IMG/VR virus record: IMGVR_UViG_3300037458_001730
Coordinates: 1-64,000 of that record
Strand: one strand, 5' to 3'
Source: a virus
Length of the DNA: 64,000 nucleotides
Part shown: piece by piece, positions 1-8,608 of the stretch
How positions within the stretch are numbered: position 1 is the first letter of the stretch
Layout of the letters: every line of letters begins with the position of its first letter
Notes under the pieces: generated by a model
What the model saw: only the letters and a program-made list of their open reading frames with translations
Database searches by the model: none
Told to the model about the DNA's origin: nothing
Made by a program: the position numbers and the translations under genes

Positions 1-171
1 ATCAGATGAACTATTGATTTCAAGCCAAAAAAAACCAACCAAATCTTGTTCATCTGTTAGTTCTTTAATTGCTTGTTTTGGATCTGTTACAGGGGTGTGT
101 TTGTTTTCTTGTATTTTCTCACAAGATATATCAATAAATTTTACTATATCTTCTTTTTTGTAATATGCCAT
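1..171 (-). CDS. Hypothetical protein, partial (runs off the left edge)
   Basis: Manual translation from ATG at 171: MAYYKKEDIVKFIDISCEKIQENKHTP...WLEINSSSD, open to position 1; co-directional with the upstream gene; not in the ORF track. Confidence 0.6.
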   Translation of the reverse strand, partial: MAYYKKEDIVKFIDISCEKIQENKHTPVTDPKQAIKELTDEQDLVGFFWLEINSSSD

Positions 172-230
172 GATGATGTCTATTTTTACAAAATATAAAC
201 ATCATTAGCCAAAAAAACAAGAATAAAAAG

Positions 231-1139
231 CTAGTTTTTAATGTACTCCTTTAATAGGACTTTGTCTTGTCTGTTGGTAGAGTCGCAATAGGGGTGGTTT
301 CCATTTTTTAAAGGACAAAATATACAACTGTTTTTTCCAAGGGTTTGTTTTATTTTTGGAAAGAATCTATCAATATGTATACTCTTTATAGCTAAAACAA
401 GTTTGTTTAACGAATTTTTTATTTCAGCTTTTGTTGAATTTACATCAACTATCTGTATATTTCCTGGGTAAGATTTGGGGTCTTTTTTCTCTCTTAATCT
501 ATTTAGAACCACATAGCAGCATTCGATATCTTCAAGTAATACATTGTTTTTTCTACCCCAAAAGAATTTGTAAAACCTCATTTGTGCTAAAAAAATTTCG
601 TCTTTTAATTTTTTATCTATATCCCAATCTGTACCAGATGTTTTCCAGTCAAAAATTTTATATTTTTTAGTTACTTTATGTCTAACAACAAGATCAATAA
701 AACCTTTAAAATAAAAATTAGAATATATATTTTCATATAAAGACTCTTCGATAGCTACAATTTCATAGTCTTTAAAAATTTTTTCAAAATCTAAAATCCT
801 TAAAATATTTTCACCCTGATCAAGAAAGTCTTCAAAATTATTTTTGTAATCATATGTGTCATACATATTTTCCTTCATTAATTTTGTGAACATATTTCTA
901 AAAAAAGACACTCTTTGTTCGATGTTTAGATTATCTTTTAAAACAATTTCAATAGATGCATGTATTGAATTACCAAAATATAAATGAATAGATGGTGGCT
1001 GTTGTAATATAGCCAAATATTTTTCAAGAAGATGTCTATGACCACACTGATAAAACAAAGAAAATTCACTATAACTTATATGAATTTTTTTGCCTTCTAC
1101 CAACAACTCTGGCGCTTTATTATCTTCTTGCAATATCAT
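231..1139 (-). CDS. PD-(D/E)XK nuclease (RecB/AddB/Cas4-like, probable Fe-S cluster)
   Basis: ISYSEFSLFYQC N-terminus, FKGFIDLV, DWKT, QMRFY (QxxxY), C-terminal CIFCP...C; one N-terminal plus three C-terminal Cys. Confidence 0.85.
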   Translation of the reverse strand: MILQEDNKAPELLVEGKKIHISYSEFSLFYQCGHRHLLEKYLAILQQPPSIHLYFGNSIHASIEIVLKDNLNIEQRVSFFRNMFTKLMKENMYDTYDYKNNFEDFLDQGENILRILDFEKIFKDYEIVAIEESLYENIYSNFYFKGFIDLVVRHKVTKKYKIFDWKTSGTDWDIDKKLKDEIFLAQMRFYKFFWGRKNNVLLEDIECCYVVLNRLREKKDPKSYPGNIQIVDVNSTKAEIKNSLNKLVLAIKSIHIDRFFPKIKQTLGKNSCIFCPLKNGNHPYCDSTNRQDKVLLKEYIKN

Positions 1140-1193
1140 AAATCAAGGTTAAATTTAGTGTAAAAAACTTATAAATAAAAGCTTTTTGCTTAA

Positions 1194-1201
1194 TATTTAT
1201 A
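1194..1201 (+). promoter_or_regulatory. TATTTATA putative late promoter element
   Basis: Motif lies 4 nt before ATG 1206 and recurs before many genes in the window. Confidence 0.55.
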
Positions 1202-1205
1202 TAAA

Positions 1206-1952
1206 ATGGTTTTACCAGAAACATATAGAAATAGATTAATGGAATTAGCTGGATTAAACCCAGACAATTCAAAAAACCTATCAGAAGCATCTATAATGCC
1301 AGATCCTTACGCTGCATCTAAAAGTAGGGTTAAATTTGACATGGAACTGATGAAACAAGCTATAGAGGGCGGTATTGAAGTTGGATTGGTGTTTCAAAGC
1401 AATAATGAAAAATACAAAATGCCAATTTGGAAGACTAGAATTGTGTGGCCTTTTGTGATGGGATATGATAAAAATGGTCAACTTTTGGTAAGGGGTGTGC
1501 ATGTTGAGGGTCAATCAGAAAAGAAAGCTCTTGAAACAAATCCAAGACAGGGGAGCGCTCAAGCTAAGGATGAATGGAGGCTTTTTAAAGTTTCCAATAT
1601 AAAATCTATGTTTTTTACTGGCGGTTATTTTCAAGGACCTCCAAGCGGTATAAATGGAGCTTATAACCCAAATGATTCAGCAATGTCAAAAATACTTGTT
1701 GCTTTTGATAAGAAAAAAGCTATGGAGTATCAAAATAAACTCAAGAAAAACGTGCCAGTTTCTCCTACTCCAATAGACATAAAAAAACCAATTCAAAAAA
1801 GCTCAGAGAAAATTAAACCACAACAAAAAGCAAAGCCTCAAACACAGCAAGATTTGAGGGACAAAGAAAATGCTAGAAAATTAAAAAACAAAATTGACAC
1901 TCTCACAAAACAGCTAAAAGAAGCTTTTCAGATTTCTGCTTCAAAGAGTTAA
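1206..1952 (+). CDS. WYL-like domain protein with putative virion-targeting N-terminus
   Basis: Core RIVWPFVMGY...LLVRG...WRLFKVSNI resembles the WYL pattern (R.V.P..l.....yl.a....R.Fr.dRI); N-terminal RLMELAGL and LSE motifs. Confidence 0.6.
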   Translation: MVLPETYRNRLMELAGLNPDNSKNLSEASIMPDPYAASKSRVKFDMELMKQAIEGGIEVGLVFQSNNEKYKMPIWKTRIVWPFVMGYDKNGQLLVRGVHVEGQSEKKALETNPRQGSAQAKDEWRLFKVSNIKSMFFTGGYFQGPPSGINGAYNPNDSAMSKILVAFDKKKAMEYQNKLKKNVPVSPTPIDIKKPIQKSSEKIKPQQKAKPQTQQDLRDKENARKLKNKIDTLTKQLKEAFQISASKS

Positions 1953-2457
1953 GTAAAATTGAACATCCTGCGTAAGATTTTTCTGTCTTATGCTTTTCCA
2001 TTAATTTTTTATCTTTAATATACAAACTAAAAAAAAGGTTTTTCTTGATCTCAAACACAATTTTGTTTTTGTAAAAACCTTGTATAAGATATCCAGACTT
2101 AGATGATTTCCATTTAATTTTACCGTAGCTTTTTTCTATTTCACTTATCGCTTTTTCTTCTTGCTTTTTTGCTAATCTTTTCTTCTCAATCTCTCTTATT
2201 TTGCGTTTAATTTTTTCTTGTGCTTCTTTTATTTTAATTTCATTTAACTCTGACAATCTCTTTCTCTCTTCAAGCTCTTTTTTTAACTTTTCTTTTTCAA
2301 TATTTTCTTTGTCGTTTTGTTCTTGAATTGAAACTATGGTTTTTACAACATTCTCAGCCTCTTTTTTTGTAGGTGGTCTTCCTCTCTTTTTTTTAGGATA
2401 GTCTGGTGGTTGTGGGCCACTCGATTGATCTTGCGGTGTAGATGGTATAATATTCAT
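1903..2457 (-). CDS. Lys/Glu-rich coiled-coil protein with AT-hook motif
   Basis: KKKRGRPPTKK AT-hook; start overlaps the stop of the upstream Rad50-like gene. Confidence 0.6.
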   Translation of the reverse strand: MNIIPSTPQDQSSGPQPPDYPKKKRGRPPTKKEAENVVKTIVSIQEQNDKENIEKEKLKKELEERKRLSELNEIKIKEAQEKIKRKIREIEKKRLAKKQEEKAISEIEKSYGKIKWKSSKSGYLIQGFYKNKIVFEIKKNLFFSLYIKDKKLMEKHKTEKSYAGCSILLNSLKQKSEKLLLAVL

Positions 2458-5297
2458 AAAATATTTATTGTTGTTATTCCAGCTTTTGGATTTTTATCTA
2501 AAACCTCTTGTGTTAAACCATTTCTAACTTTTGTCACTTCTATTATATTATCTGCAAAGTCTTTTATTTCACTTCTGTGCGTAATCACAATAACGTTTTT
2601 ATGTTTATTCTTTAAATAATTTAAAATATTCATTATTTCGAAAGTTAATTCGTCGTCCAAGGTGCCAAAACCTTCATCTATAATACACAGAGATGGTTTG
2701 GTTAAACTACTAATATAATGAAGCGAATCTTTAATGGCTATTGTAGATACGAATTTTTGAGCTCCAGAAGCAAATGATAGTGGCAATGTATCAGATTTGT
2801 CGTCGTTAAAATAAAACGTTTCCACAATGTCGCCATTTTCCAAAATAGATAATTGCAACTTAAAATCTACAGCTTGTTGTAAAATAGTGTTTATTCTATG
2901 GTTTATTAATGGTAATTTTTTTCTTATTATTAGGGCTGGTATCCCGTCTTTATGCATAGCCTGAAGGTATATGGAATATTTTTTGTATTTTTTCTCATAT
3001 TCACTGATATCTATAAGTTTTTGTTTATGGTATTCTATGTTGTTTTCTATAACTTTTAATTCACCGAACAAAATCGTGGATTGTTTGTCCATGTTATAAA
3101 TTGTGACTTTGTAGGCTTGAGAAAGTTCTGATTTGTCATTAATTTGATTTTGTATTTCTAAGTTCTTTTCTTTCTTTGCTTCATTGTTTTTTATTTTTAA
3201 AACTATATCCTCAAACTTTTTAATTTGATTCTTTAGGTCCTCAAGCTTGGATTTTAATGTGTTTAACAAAACTGATTTTTCGTCGACATCTTTGTTGTGT
3301 TTTATAATATCAGCTGACTTCAAAAATAGATCAAGTTTTTCTTTTAAAGAATTAATTTTTTCTACCCTATTTTCTATTGTTTGTTTGATATTTAAAAGTT
3401 TATCGTTGTTGTTTTGAAAAGTTAAATTATGTGATTGACTTTCTTTGTTTTGTTTTATTCTATTTTTTTTATGCTCCATTAATTCTTTAGCAATACGAAT
3501 ATCTTCAAGACACTCTTCTTCTTTTTGTGGGTCAGCCTTCTCTTGAACACTTCCGCAAGTTGGGCAGTTTTTACCTTTAAAAGCAATTAGTTGACCTTCT
3601 AAATTTGTTATTTTTTTAGAAAGTTCTTCTACGCTTTTTTCATATTGCAAAATAACTTCGTCACTCTCAATTGGTTTTAAACTTTTTGAGCTAAGCCAGG
3701 ATTCTAAATTTAATTTATTTGCCGAATCTTTCTTTAAGGACGATTCTTCTAGTGAAATTTGCGATCTAAGTTTATCTTCTGTTACAGAACTATCAAATTG
3801 AAGTTCTTTTTTAAAGTTTTTTGATAACCAATCGGTAAGATCTTCAACCTCTTTTGTTTTAGATTTTATATCCAAATTGCATTGTTCTATTTTATAAGTA
3901 GCAGTACCTATATCTTGTATTTCAACTGGGTCTAATTTTTCAATTTTTTTTGTTAAATTTAAAATTTCAACATCAACATCTTCTTTGCTTTGTGAGGCTT
4001 TGTTTTTTTCATTAACACACTCTTCGTAATTTTTACTTTTATAATCTCTTTCAATAGTTAAAGATTTTATTTTGTCTTCTAAAACTAATTTATCTCCTAG
4101 TTCTTTTTGTTTTTTCTTTATCTCGTTAAACTCTTCTTTTCTGTATTCATATCTGTCTTTATATGATTCTAAACCCAAATACTTACTTACAAGAGTGTTC
4201 TTTGGTTGTTGTGACATGCTTAAATAATCATCCTTGCCACCTTGTGTTTGCAGAGATGTTTTTGTAAAATCATCAAAAGTGCCAATTGCTTTTTCTATTA
4301 ATTTACCAACTTCATTTTTTTCAGCAGTCGCGGAGTCAGATATTTCATTTTCCCATTTTTCATTATCTAAATTTCCGTCTTCATCATATTCAAATTCTAA
4401 TGTTTTATAAGAAACGCCATAACTGTTGGAAGTTGTTCCATCTTTTTTTATGGTTGTTTTTACACTTCTTTCAATTAAATATTTTTTACCATCAATTGTA
4501 ATCCAAAGTTTAACATATCCCTTGTTAGAATCTGTGTAAATATTAACAATGTATTTTGATGAATTTAAATCGCCTCCTAAAATTTCTTTAAATAAACCCC
4601 AAACAAGAACTTTTACAATATTTGATTTGCCGTTGTAATTTTTGCCAAAAACTCCAGTAATACCTCCAAGTAAATCAAAGTCAATTACAATTGGTTTTAT
4701 TGGTAAGGAAAAAATATTGCTTGCTTCCATTTTGTTGAGCTCCCATTTGGCACTATGGTGTTGACTCTCATCTAAACCCAACTCTTGGGTGGTTTCTCTG
4801 TGTAATTTTAGTAAATCTAACTCCTCTTCTTGTGTGCAGCTATAGTTTCCATTTGATATAAATTCTTTCAAATATTCTTCGCTCTCTTTAAGTTCTTCTT
4901 GTTCATCCTCTGCAATAACAATTTCTTTAGCTAAAGCTTCAAATTGTACCTTTACAACTTCGCAGCCGTGTTTGTCTTTTACTAGTCTAACAATTTGATT
5001 TTCCTTTTCTTGTGAAAAGTTTTCTTCGTAATCTTCCCAAACAATGTAGACCTTAGTTTTCTTTTTGTTGCTACTGAATTTTATATGCTCAATTCTTTCT
5101 TCAAATTTTTCACCCTTGGCAATATTTAATTTTGCAAAACCATAATCATTTGGTACAAATTTTCTTTCATGCTTTCTAGTCTCAATGTCCCAAAGAAGAT
5201 ATCCCTTGTCTACAGACTCACCATAGTTTTGTTGCAGAAGTGAACCGCTGTATGCCATCCAGTCATATTTACGCTTTATTTTAATCTTTCTTCCCAT
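2454..5297 (-). CDS. sbcC: Fusion of Mre11/SbcD C-terminal part with Rad50/SbcC (gp46-like) ABC-ATPase
   Basis: N-terminal YSGSLLQQNYGE...KGYLLWD (SbcD YxGS motif); Walker A GKNYNGKS, coiled coil, Zn-hook CPTCG, signature ASGAQ, Walker B/D-loop IIDEGFGTLD, H-loop ITH. Confidence 0.93.
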   Translation of the reverse strand: MGRKIKIKRKYDWMAYSGSLLQQNYGESVDKGYLLWDIETRKHERKFVPNDYGFAKLNIAKGEKFEERIEHIKFSSNKKKTKVYIVWEDYEENFSQEKENQIVRLVKDKHGCEVVKVQFEALAKEIVIAEDEQEELKESEEYLKEFISNGNYSCTQEEELDLLKLHRETTQELGLDESQHHSAKWELNKMEASNIFSLPIKPIVIDFDLLGGITGVFGKNYNGKSNIVKVLVWGLFKEILGGDLNSSKYIVNIYTDSNKGYVKLWITIDGKKYLIERSVKTTIKKDGTTSNSYGVSYKTLEFEYDEDGNLDNEKWENEISDSATAEKNEVGKLIEKAIGTFDDFTKTSLQTQGGKDDYLSMSQQPKNTLVSKYLGLESYKDRYEYRKEEFNEIKKKQKELGDKLVLEDKIKSLTIERDYKSKNYEECVNEKNKASQSKEDVDVEILNLTKKIEKLDPVEIQDIGTATYKIEQCNLDIKSKTKEVEDLTDWLSKNFKKELQFDSSVTEDKLRSQISLEESSLKKDSANKLNLESWLSSKSLKPIESDEVILQYEKSVEELSKKITNLEGQLIAFKGKNCPTCGSVQEKADPQKEEECLEDIRIAKELMEHKKNRIKQNKESQSHNLTFQNNNDKLLNIKQTIENRVEKINSLKEKLDLFLKSADIIKHNKDVDEKSVLLNTLKSKLEDLKNQIKKFEDIVLKIKNNEAKKEKNLEIQNQINDKSELSQAYKVTIYNMDKQSTILFGELKVIENNIEYHKQKLIDISEYEKKYKKYSIYLQAMHKDGIPALIIRKKLPLINHRINTILQQAVDFKLQLSILENGDIVETFYFNDDKSDTLPLSFASGAQKFVSTIAIKDSLHYISSLTKPSLCIIDEGFGTLDDELTFEIMNILNYLKNKHKNVIVITHRSEIKDFADNIIEVTKVRNGLTQEVLDKNPKAGITTINIL

Positions 5298-5490
5298 ATT
5301 GTATTATGTCTAAAAACATTAATTTTAATTTATCATCATGAATAAGTATTTTCATTTCAAAATATAATTCAGTGTAATCTTTGGACGGAACCATACTTGT
5401 TGTTCTGGTTTTATAGTCATACTGCGCTATTTGCGTATCTTTTTCTGGATAACGAATTACTAGTTGTTCAATTCTTTCCAATAAGTTCAT
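5281..5490 (-). CDS. Small hypothetical protein within the insertion that splits the Mre11 gene
   Basis: 69-aa ORF overlapping both neighbours (4 nt and 17 nt), consistent with translational coupling. Confidence 0.6.
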   Translation of the reverse strand: MNLLERIEQLVIRYPEKDTQIAQYDYKTRTTSMVPSKDYTELYFEMKILIHDDKLKLMFLDIIQYGKKD

Positions 5491-6239
5491 ATTCTATTTT
5501 TTAATTTAGTTTCTAAAAATTTAATTATATTATCTTTATATTTTATTCTTATTAAATCAACATTTCGTTGAGCACAGTATTTATTTTTTACTTCGTCTCT
5601 TTCTTTTTGTTTGTTTAATAGGTTTAAACCTTTTATTTTGTCTAAACCATGAAATTCTGGAACATACTTAAAATGTTGCTCTCCGTCATACTCAATGCAT
5701 ACATTCAAATCAGGAAGATAAAAGTCAAAAGGAAGCATCATGCCAGTCTTTGGATTAATGCAATCAGAAAAATATTTTTCAAGTACATAATTAATTCTGT
5801 TGTTTTTTAAAAAATGGACTATTTGGAGTGCAGCATTGCTAAGTTTTTTAATTACGATCTCTTCAGATACTATAGGGGCAGATTTATGTTTCGCTTTTTT
5901 CGATTTCTTTTTGACCTTCTTTTTTGAAATAGTGTTGTTGAAGATGTTTTTGCGAGGAGTTTTTGGGTTTGTGGCTAACAACTTGATTAGCTCTTCTTTT
6001 GTTATTTCTTTTCCTAAAATGTTTTCTTTCCAATTGGTAGCTAATGGCAATTCTAAATTTAGAATTGTTGCCTGTTCAGAGGAGGGCACCTCCCAGTTTC
6101 CAAAAATATATTTTATATAGCCACTTGTGAGTAAAACTTTTTTGTTTTTGGCTTGTGTTTCTAATGACTTTCCTATTGAGGATGCTAAGCAATTTATTTT
6201 TGACTTCCTTACACTTTTGAGACGTTTACTATTCTTCAT
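5487..6239 (-). CDS. Putative free-standing homing endonuclease, Vsr/DUF559-like PD-(D/E)XK family
   Basis: C-terminal LPFDFYLP...CIEYDGEQH...RD..K...LIRI motif; basic N-terminal region. Likely start ATG 6239 (MKNSKR), which overlaps the upstream stop and follows GGAGGTG; the ORF track starts at 6293. Confidence 0.75.
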   Translation of the reverse strand: MKNSKRLKSVRKSKINCLASSIGKSLETQAKNKKVLLTSGYIKYIFGNWEVPSSEQATILNLELPLATNWKENILGKEITKEELIKLLATNPKTPRKNIFNNTISKKKVKKKSKKAKHKSAPIVSEEIVIKKLSNAALQIVHFLKNNRINYVLEKYFSDCINPKTGMMLPFDFYLPDLNVCIEYDGEQHFKYVPEFHGLDKIKGLNLLNKQKERDEVKNKYCAQRNVDLIRIKYKDNIIKFLETKLKNRI

Positions 6240-6960
6240 AACCAACCACCTCCCATCCCTCTTTTTTGTATTTATCCAATTCTGATTCATCAATTATCAT
6301 TGTTTCCTCTTTTTCAAATGTTTGATATTCGTGAATATCGCCCATCATTACAATGTCAAAATTTTTAAAAACTGACGGCTTCCAATGTGTTTCTCCTTGT
6401 ATAATCAAACCATTATCTCCTCTCGCTCCGTTTATTTGACCATGAAATAAAGCTACATAATTTACACCTGGTTGTTTTTCTTCTAATGTAAGAATTTTGT
6501 TATCTTTCATAGAATAAACGCCGTATACAAAATTGTCTGATATTTTATAAAATCCACTATCAGGATAATAATAAACAGCTTTCTTTTGAAAGTCTATTTC
6601 ATCTTTGTTTTCAGCAGTTACAATATATGCTGTTTTATCTGCGTGTTTTTCAATTAAATTTGATAGGTTGAAAATTGGGCTTATTGCGTCCCCTTGTTCT
6701 AATTGCTGTAAATTCATGTCGTGATTACCAAGAATAACATCTGTTGGCGCAACCCTTGATAGACCGATGAGTAACTCTGAAATAAGGTTGAATGAGCCTG
6801 GTGAAATATTAATCTTGTGGTGGCTAATATCGCCAGCTACAACAATCCTGTCAGGCTTAATTTTGTGTAAGTCTTCGATCAGTTTTTTAAATACAGCTCT
6901 GTATTCATCATGTCTTGATCCAAATCTAACTTGTATATCTGCTAAATGCGCAATTTTCAT
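6229..6960 (-). CDS. sbcD: Mre11/SbcD (gp47-like) metallophosphoesterase nuclease, N-terminal fragment
   Basis: HLADIQ, AGDI, GNHD, FHG and GDIH phosphoesterase motifs; lacks the YxGS motif, which begins the 2454-5297 ORF. Confidence 0.9.
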   Translation of the reverse strand: MKIAHLADIQVRFGSRHDEYRAVFKKLIEDLHKIKPDRIVVAGDISHHKINISPGSFNLISELLIGLSRVAPTDVILGNHDMNLQQLEQGDAISPIFNLSNLIEKHADKTAYIVTAENKDEIDFQKKAVYYYPDSGFYKISDNFVYGVYSMKDNKILTLEEKQPGVNYVALFHGQINGARGDNGLIIQGETHWKPSVFKNFDIVMMGDIHEYQTFEKEETMIIDESELDKYKKEGWEVVGYEE

Positions 6961-6968
6961 GTGTGGTA

Positions 6969-7271
6969 TTAATCTTTAATTTGTTGATTCAATAATAATT
7001 TTAAGCGAGAGTTTTCTTCAACCAGTTCTTTAATTCTTTTTGTTGGCTCTGCGGCTGCACCAGCTCCAGCCCAAATAGATACTATCTGATGTTCAGTGCC
7101 TTCTTCTGGGTGAACAAAAGCAATATGCGTCATCATGTGTCTATCTTCGTGTGAAACTTTTAAGATTAATTCAAATAAATCAGCCAACATTTTAAATGTA
7201 TGCTGTCGAAATACTCTTGGGTTTTTATAAGCAAAATATGCTATTTTTAGGGCGTTAATAAATCTTTTCAT
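6969..7271 (-). CDS. Hypothetical protein
   Basis: 100-aa ORF tightly packed in the operon. Confidence 0.65.
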   Translation of the reverse strand: MKRFINALKIAYFAYKNPRVFRQHTFKMLADLFELILKVSHEDRHMMTHIAFVHPEEGTEHQIVSIWAGAGAAAEPTKRIKELVEENSRLKLLLNQQIKD

Positions 7272-7274
7272 TTT

Positions 7275-7589
7275 TTAGTTTTTAGATATTTTGGGACCAA
7301 ATCCATTAACCCCTAAAATATATTTAATAAATTGTTCTTGTATAGCTTTAGAATTTTCTTCGAACCATTTGGATGATTTTGGGTCGTGATTCCAAAACAT
7401 AAAATTTTCAGTATCTCTTTCTATTTTTTCCATTTTTGAAATATTCGCACCATCTTCATCTTGTTTACTCAAAGGAATACTAGATCCCAATTGTACCACG
7501 TCATCCTTATTTTTATATGTATAAAATAATAAAAAACTGGGAAATTCTGTAGCGTTTTTTGCTGATTGGTATAACTCTTTTGTTGTCAT
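7275..7589 (-). CDS. Hypothetical protein
   Basis: 104-aa ORF tightly packed in the operon. Confidence 0.65.
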   Translation of the reverse strand: MTTKELYQSAKNATEFPSFLLFYTYKNKDDVVQLGSSIPLSKQDEDGANISKMEKIERDTENFMFWNHDPKSSKWFEENSKAIQEQFIKYILGVNGFGPKISKN

Positions 7590-7590
7590 T

Positions 7591-8571
7591 TTATTCGTTT
7601 AGTATTTTGTTAATTTCGAAAAGTGTATCAATCTTTTTTGGGTGTTTTAAAATTTCGTTTATTTTTTCTTGTCCATGATCTTCGTATATTTTTGAAACAT
7701 CCTTCCCCCCTTTTAAATCAATAAAATAAACACTTAAACCAAGTGAAGAAAACATGTTGTAAAATTCTGAACTATCTTTAAAAGCATCTGAATCGAGACA
7801 GATTATTACTGTTGATTTATGTTCTAACAATTTGCTTATTAGTAGTGGTGATGGTGATTTTCCAAGCAATGGTATAGAGTTGGGAATCCTATAAGAATCA
7901 AATACACCCTCAACTAAATATACTGGAAGATCCCAGTTGATAAAATATTCGTTATAAATTATGTCATGAACATGAGGGGTATCTGGTTTCCAATATGGCC
8001 GTTTAGCATCTTTTAAGTATGCTCTGGCTTCATAATAATTTGTTAAACCAGCAGCGTTTAAAGATGGCATAATTATTCTAAATTTTCTAGGACCGCTTTC
8101 TGTGTATCCTATTTTATATTTATCAATCTGAGACAAACTTACTTTTCTTTCTATGGTTAAATACTCCCAGGCTAATTCCCACAATCTGCTTTTTCTTTTT
8201 TGTGACAATGGCATATATCCTTCTGGTAATTCACAAACAATTGAGTTATGATCAACTTCTAGATTTTTAAAAATGCTAAAGTTTGCTCTTTCGTATCTTG
8301 GCAAAATAAGCTCTAATCTGGACAAATCATCTTTAGAACCATATTCTTCAACAAGCCTATAAATATAACCACTATATTTGCATTTCCAACATTTAAAAAC
8401 TTTAGAATCAGAACGATAAGCAAGATTAAATTTATTGTCCCCTCTACATTTTGCAGTTGGGCAATTAAATTCCCATTGTAATCTTGTTTCTGCTCCACTT
8501 GAATGGCGTGGGGCTCCAAGAAAATTGTGGATAATATTAGTGATTAAATAATTGTCCTTTTCGCTAGCCAT
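7591..8571 (-). CDS. dnaG: DNA primase (DnaG-type, Zn finger plus TOPRIM)
   Basis: CPTAKC...FKCWKC Zn finger; LVEGVFD and CLDSD TOPRIM motifs; KDVS. Probable start ATG 8571 (track uses TTG 8580). Confidence 0.9.
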   Translation of the reverse strand: MASEKDNYLITNIIHNFLGAPRHSSGAETRLQWEFNCPTAKCRGDNKFNLAYRSDSKVFKCWKCKYSGYIYRLVEEYGSKDDLSRLELILPRYERANFSIFKNLEVDHNSIVCELPEGYMPLSQKRKSRLWELAWEYLTIERKVSLSQIDKYKIGYTESGPRKFRIIMPSLNAAGLTNYYEARAYLKDAKRPYWKPDTPHVHDIIYNEYFINWDLPVYLVEGVFDSYRIPNSIPLLGKSPSPLLISKLLEHKSTVIICLDSDAFKDSSEFYNMFSSLGLSVYFIDLKGGKDVSKIYEDHGQEKINEILKHPKKIDTLFEINKILNE

Positions 8572-8577
8572 ACCATG

Positions 8578-8608
8578 CAAATATAGCTAAAAATCACAAC
8601 TTTAGCAA
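8578..8608 (-). promoter_or_regulatory. Possible Bacteroidota-type sigma promoter (TTG-N20-TAnnTTTG) for the primase operon
   Basis: Minus strand reads TTG (8608-8606), a 20-nt spacer, then TATATTTG (8585-8578) just before the primase start. Single instance. Confidence 0.45.

Noticed and set aside
231-1139. CRISPR-Cas locus suggested by the Cas4-like gene
   Set aside because: No repeat-spacer array or other cas genes are visible; solo PD-(D/E)XK nucleases are common in phages.
5298-6228. Group I intron or intein interrupting the Mre11 gene
   Set aside because: The interval is fully occupied by two overlapping ORFs with no room for an evident ribozyme core, the downstream half has its own ATG, and no intein terminal motifs are visible. 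RT-PCR would be the final test.
6226-6231. Stop-codon reassignment (TAG readthrough) as in some large phages
   Set aside because: This TAG is followed immediately by TAA, and genes across the window are full length in the standard code.
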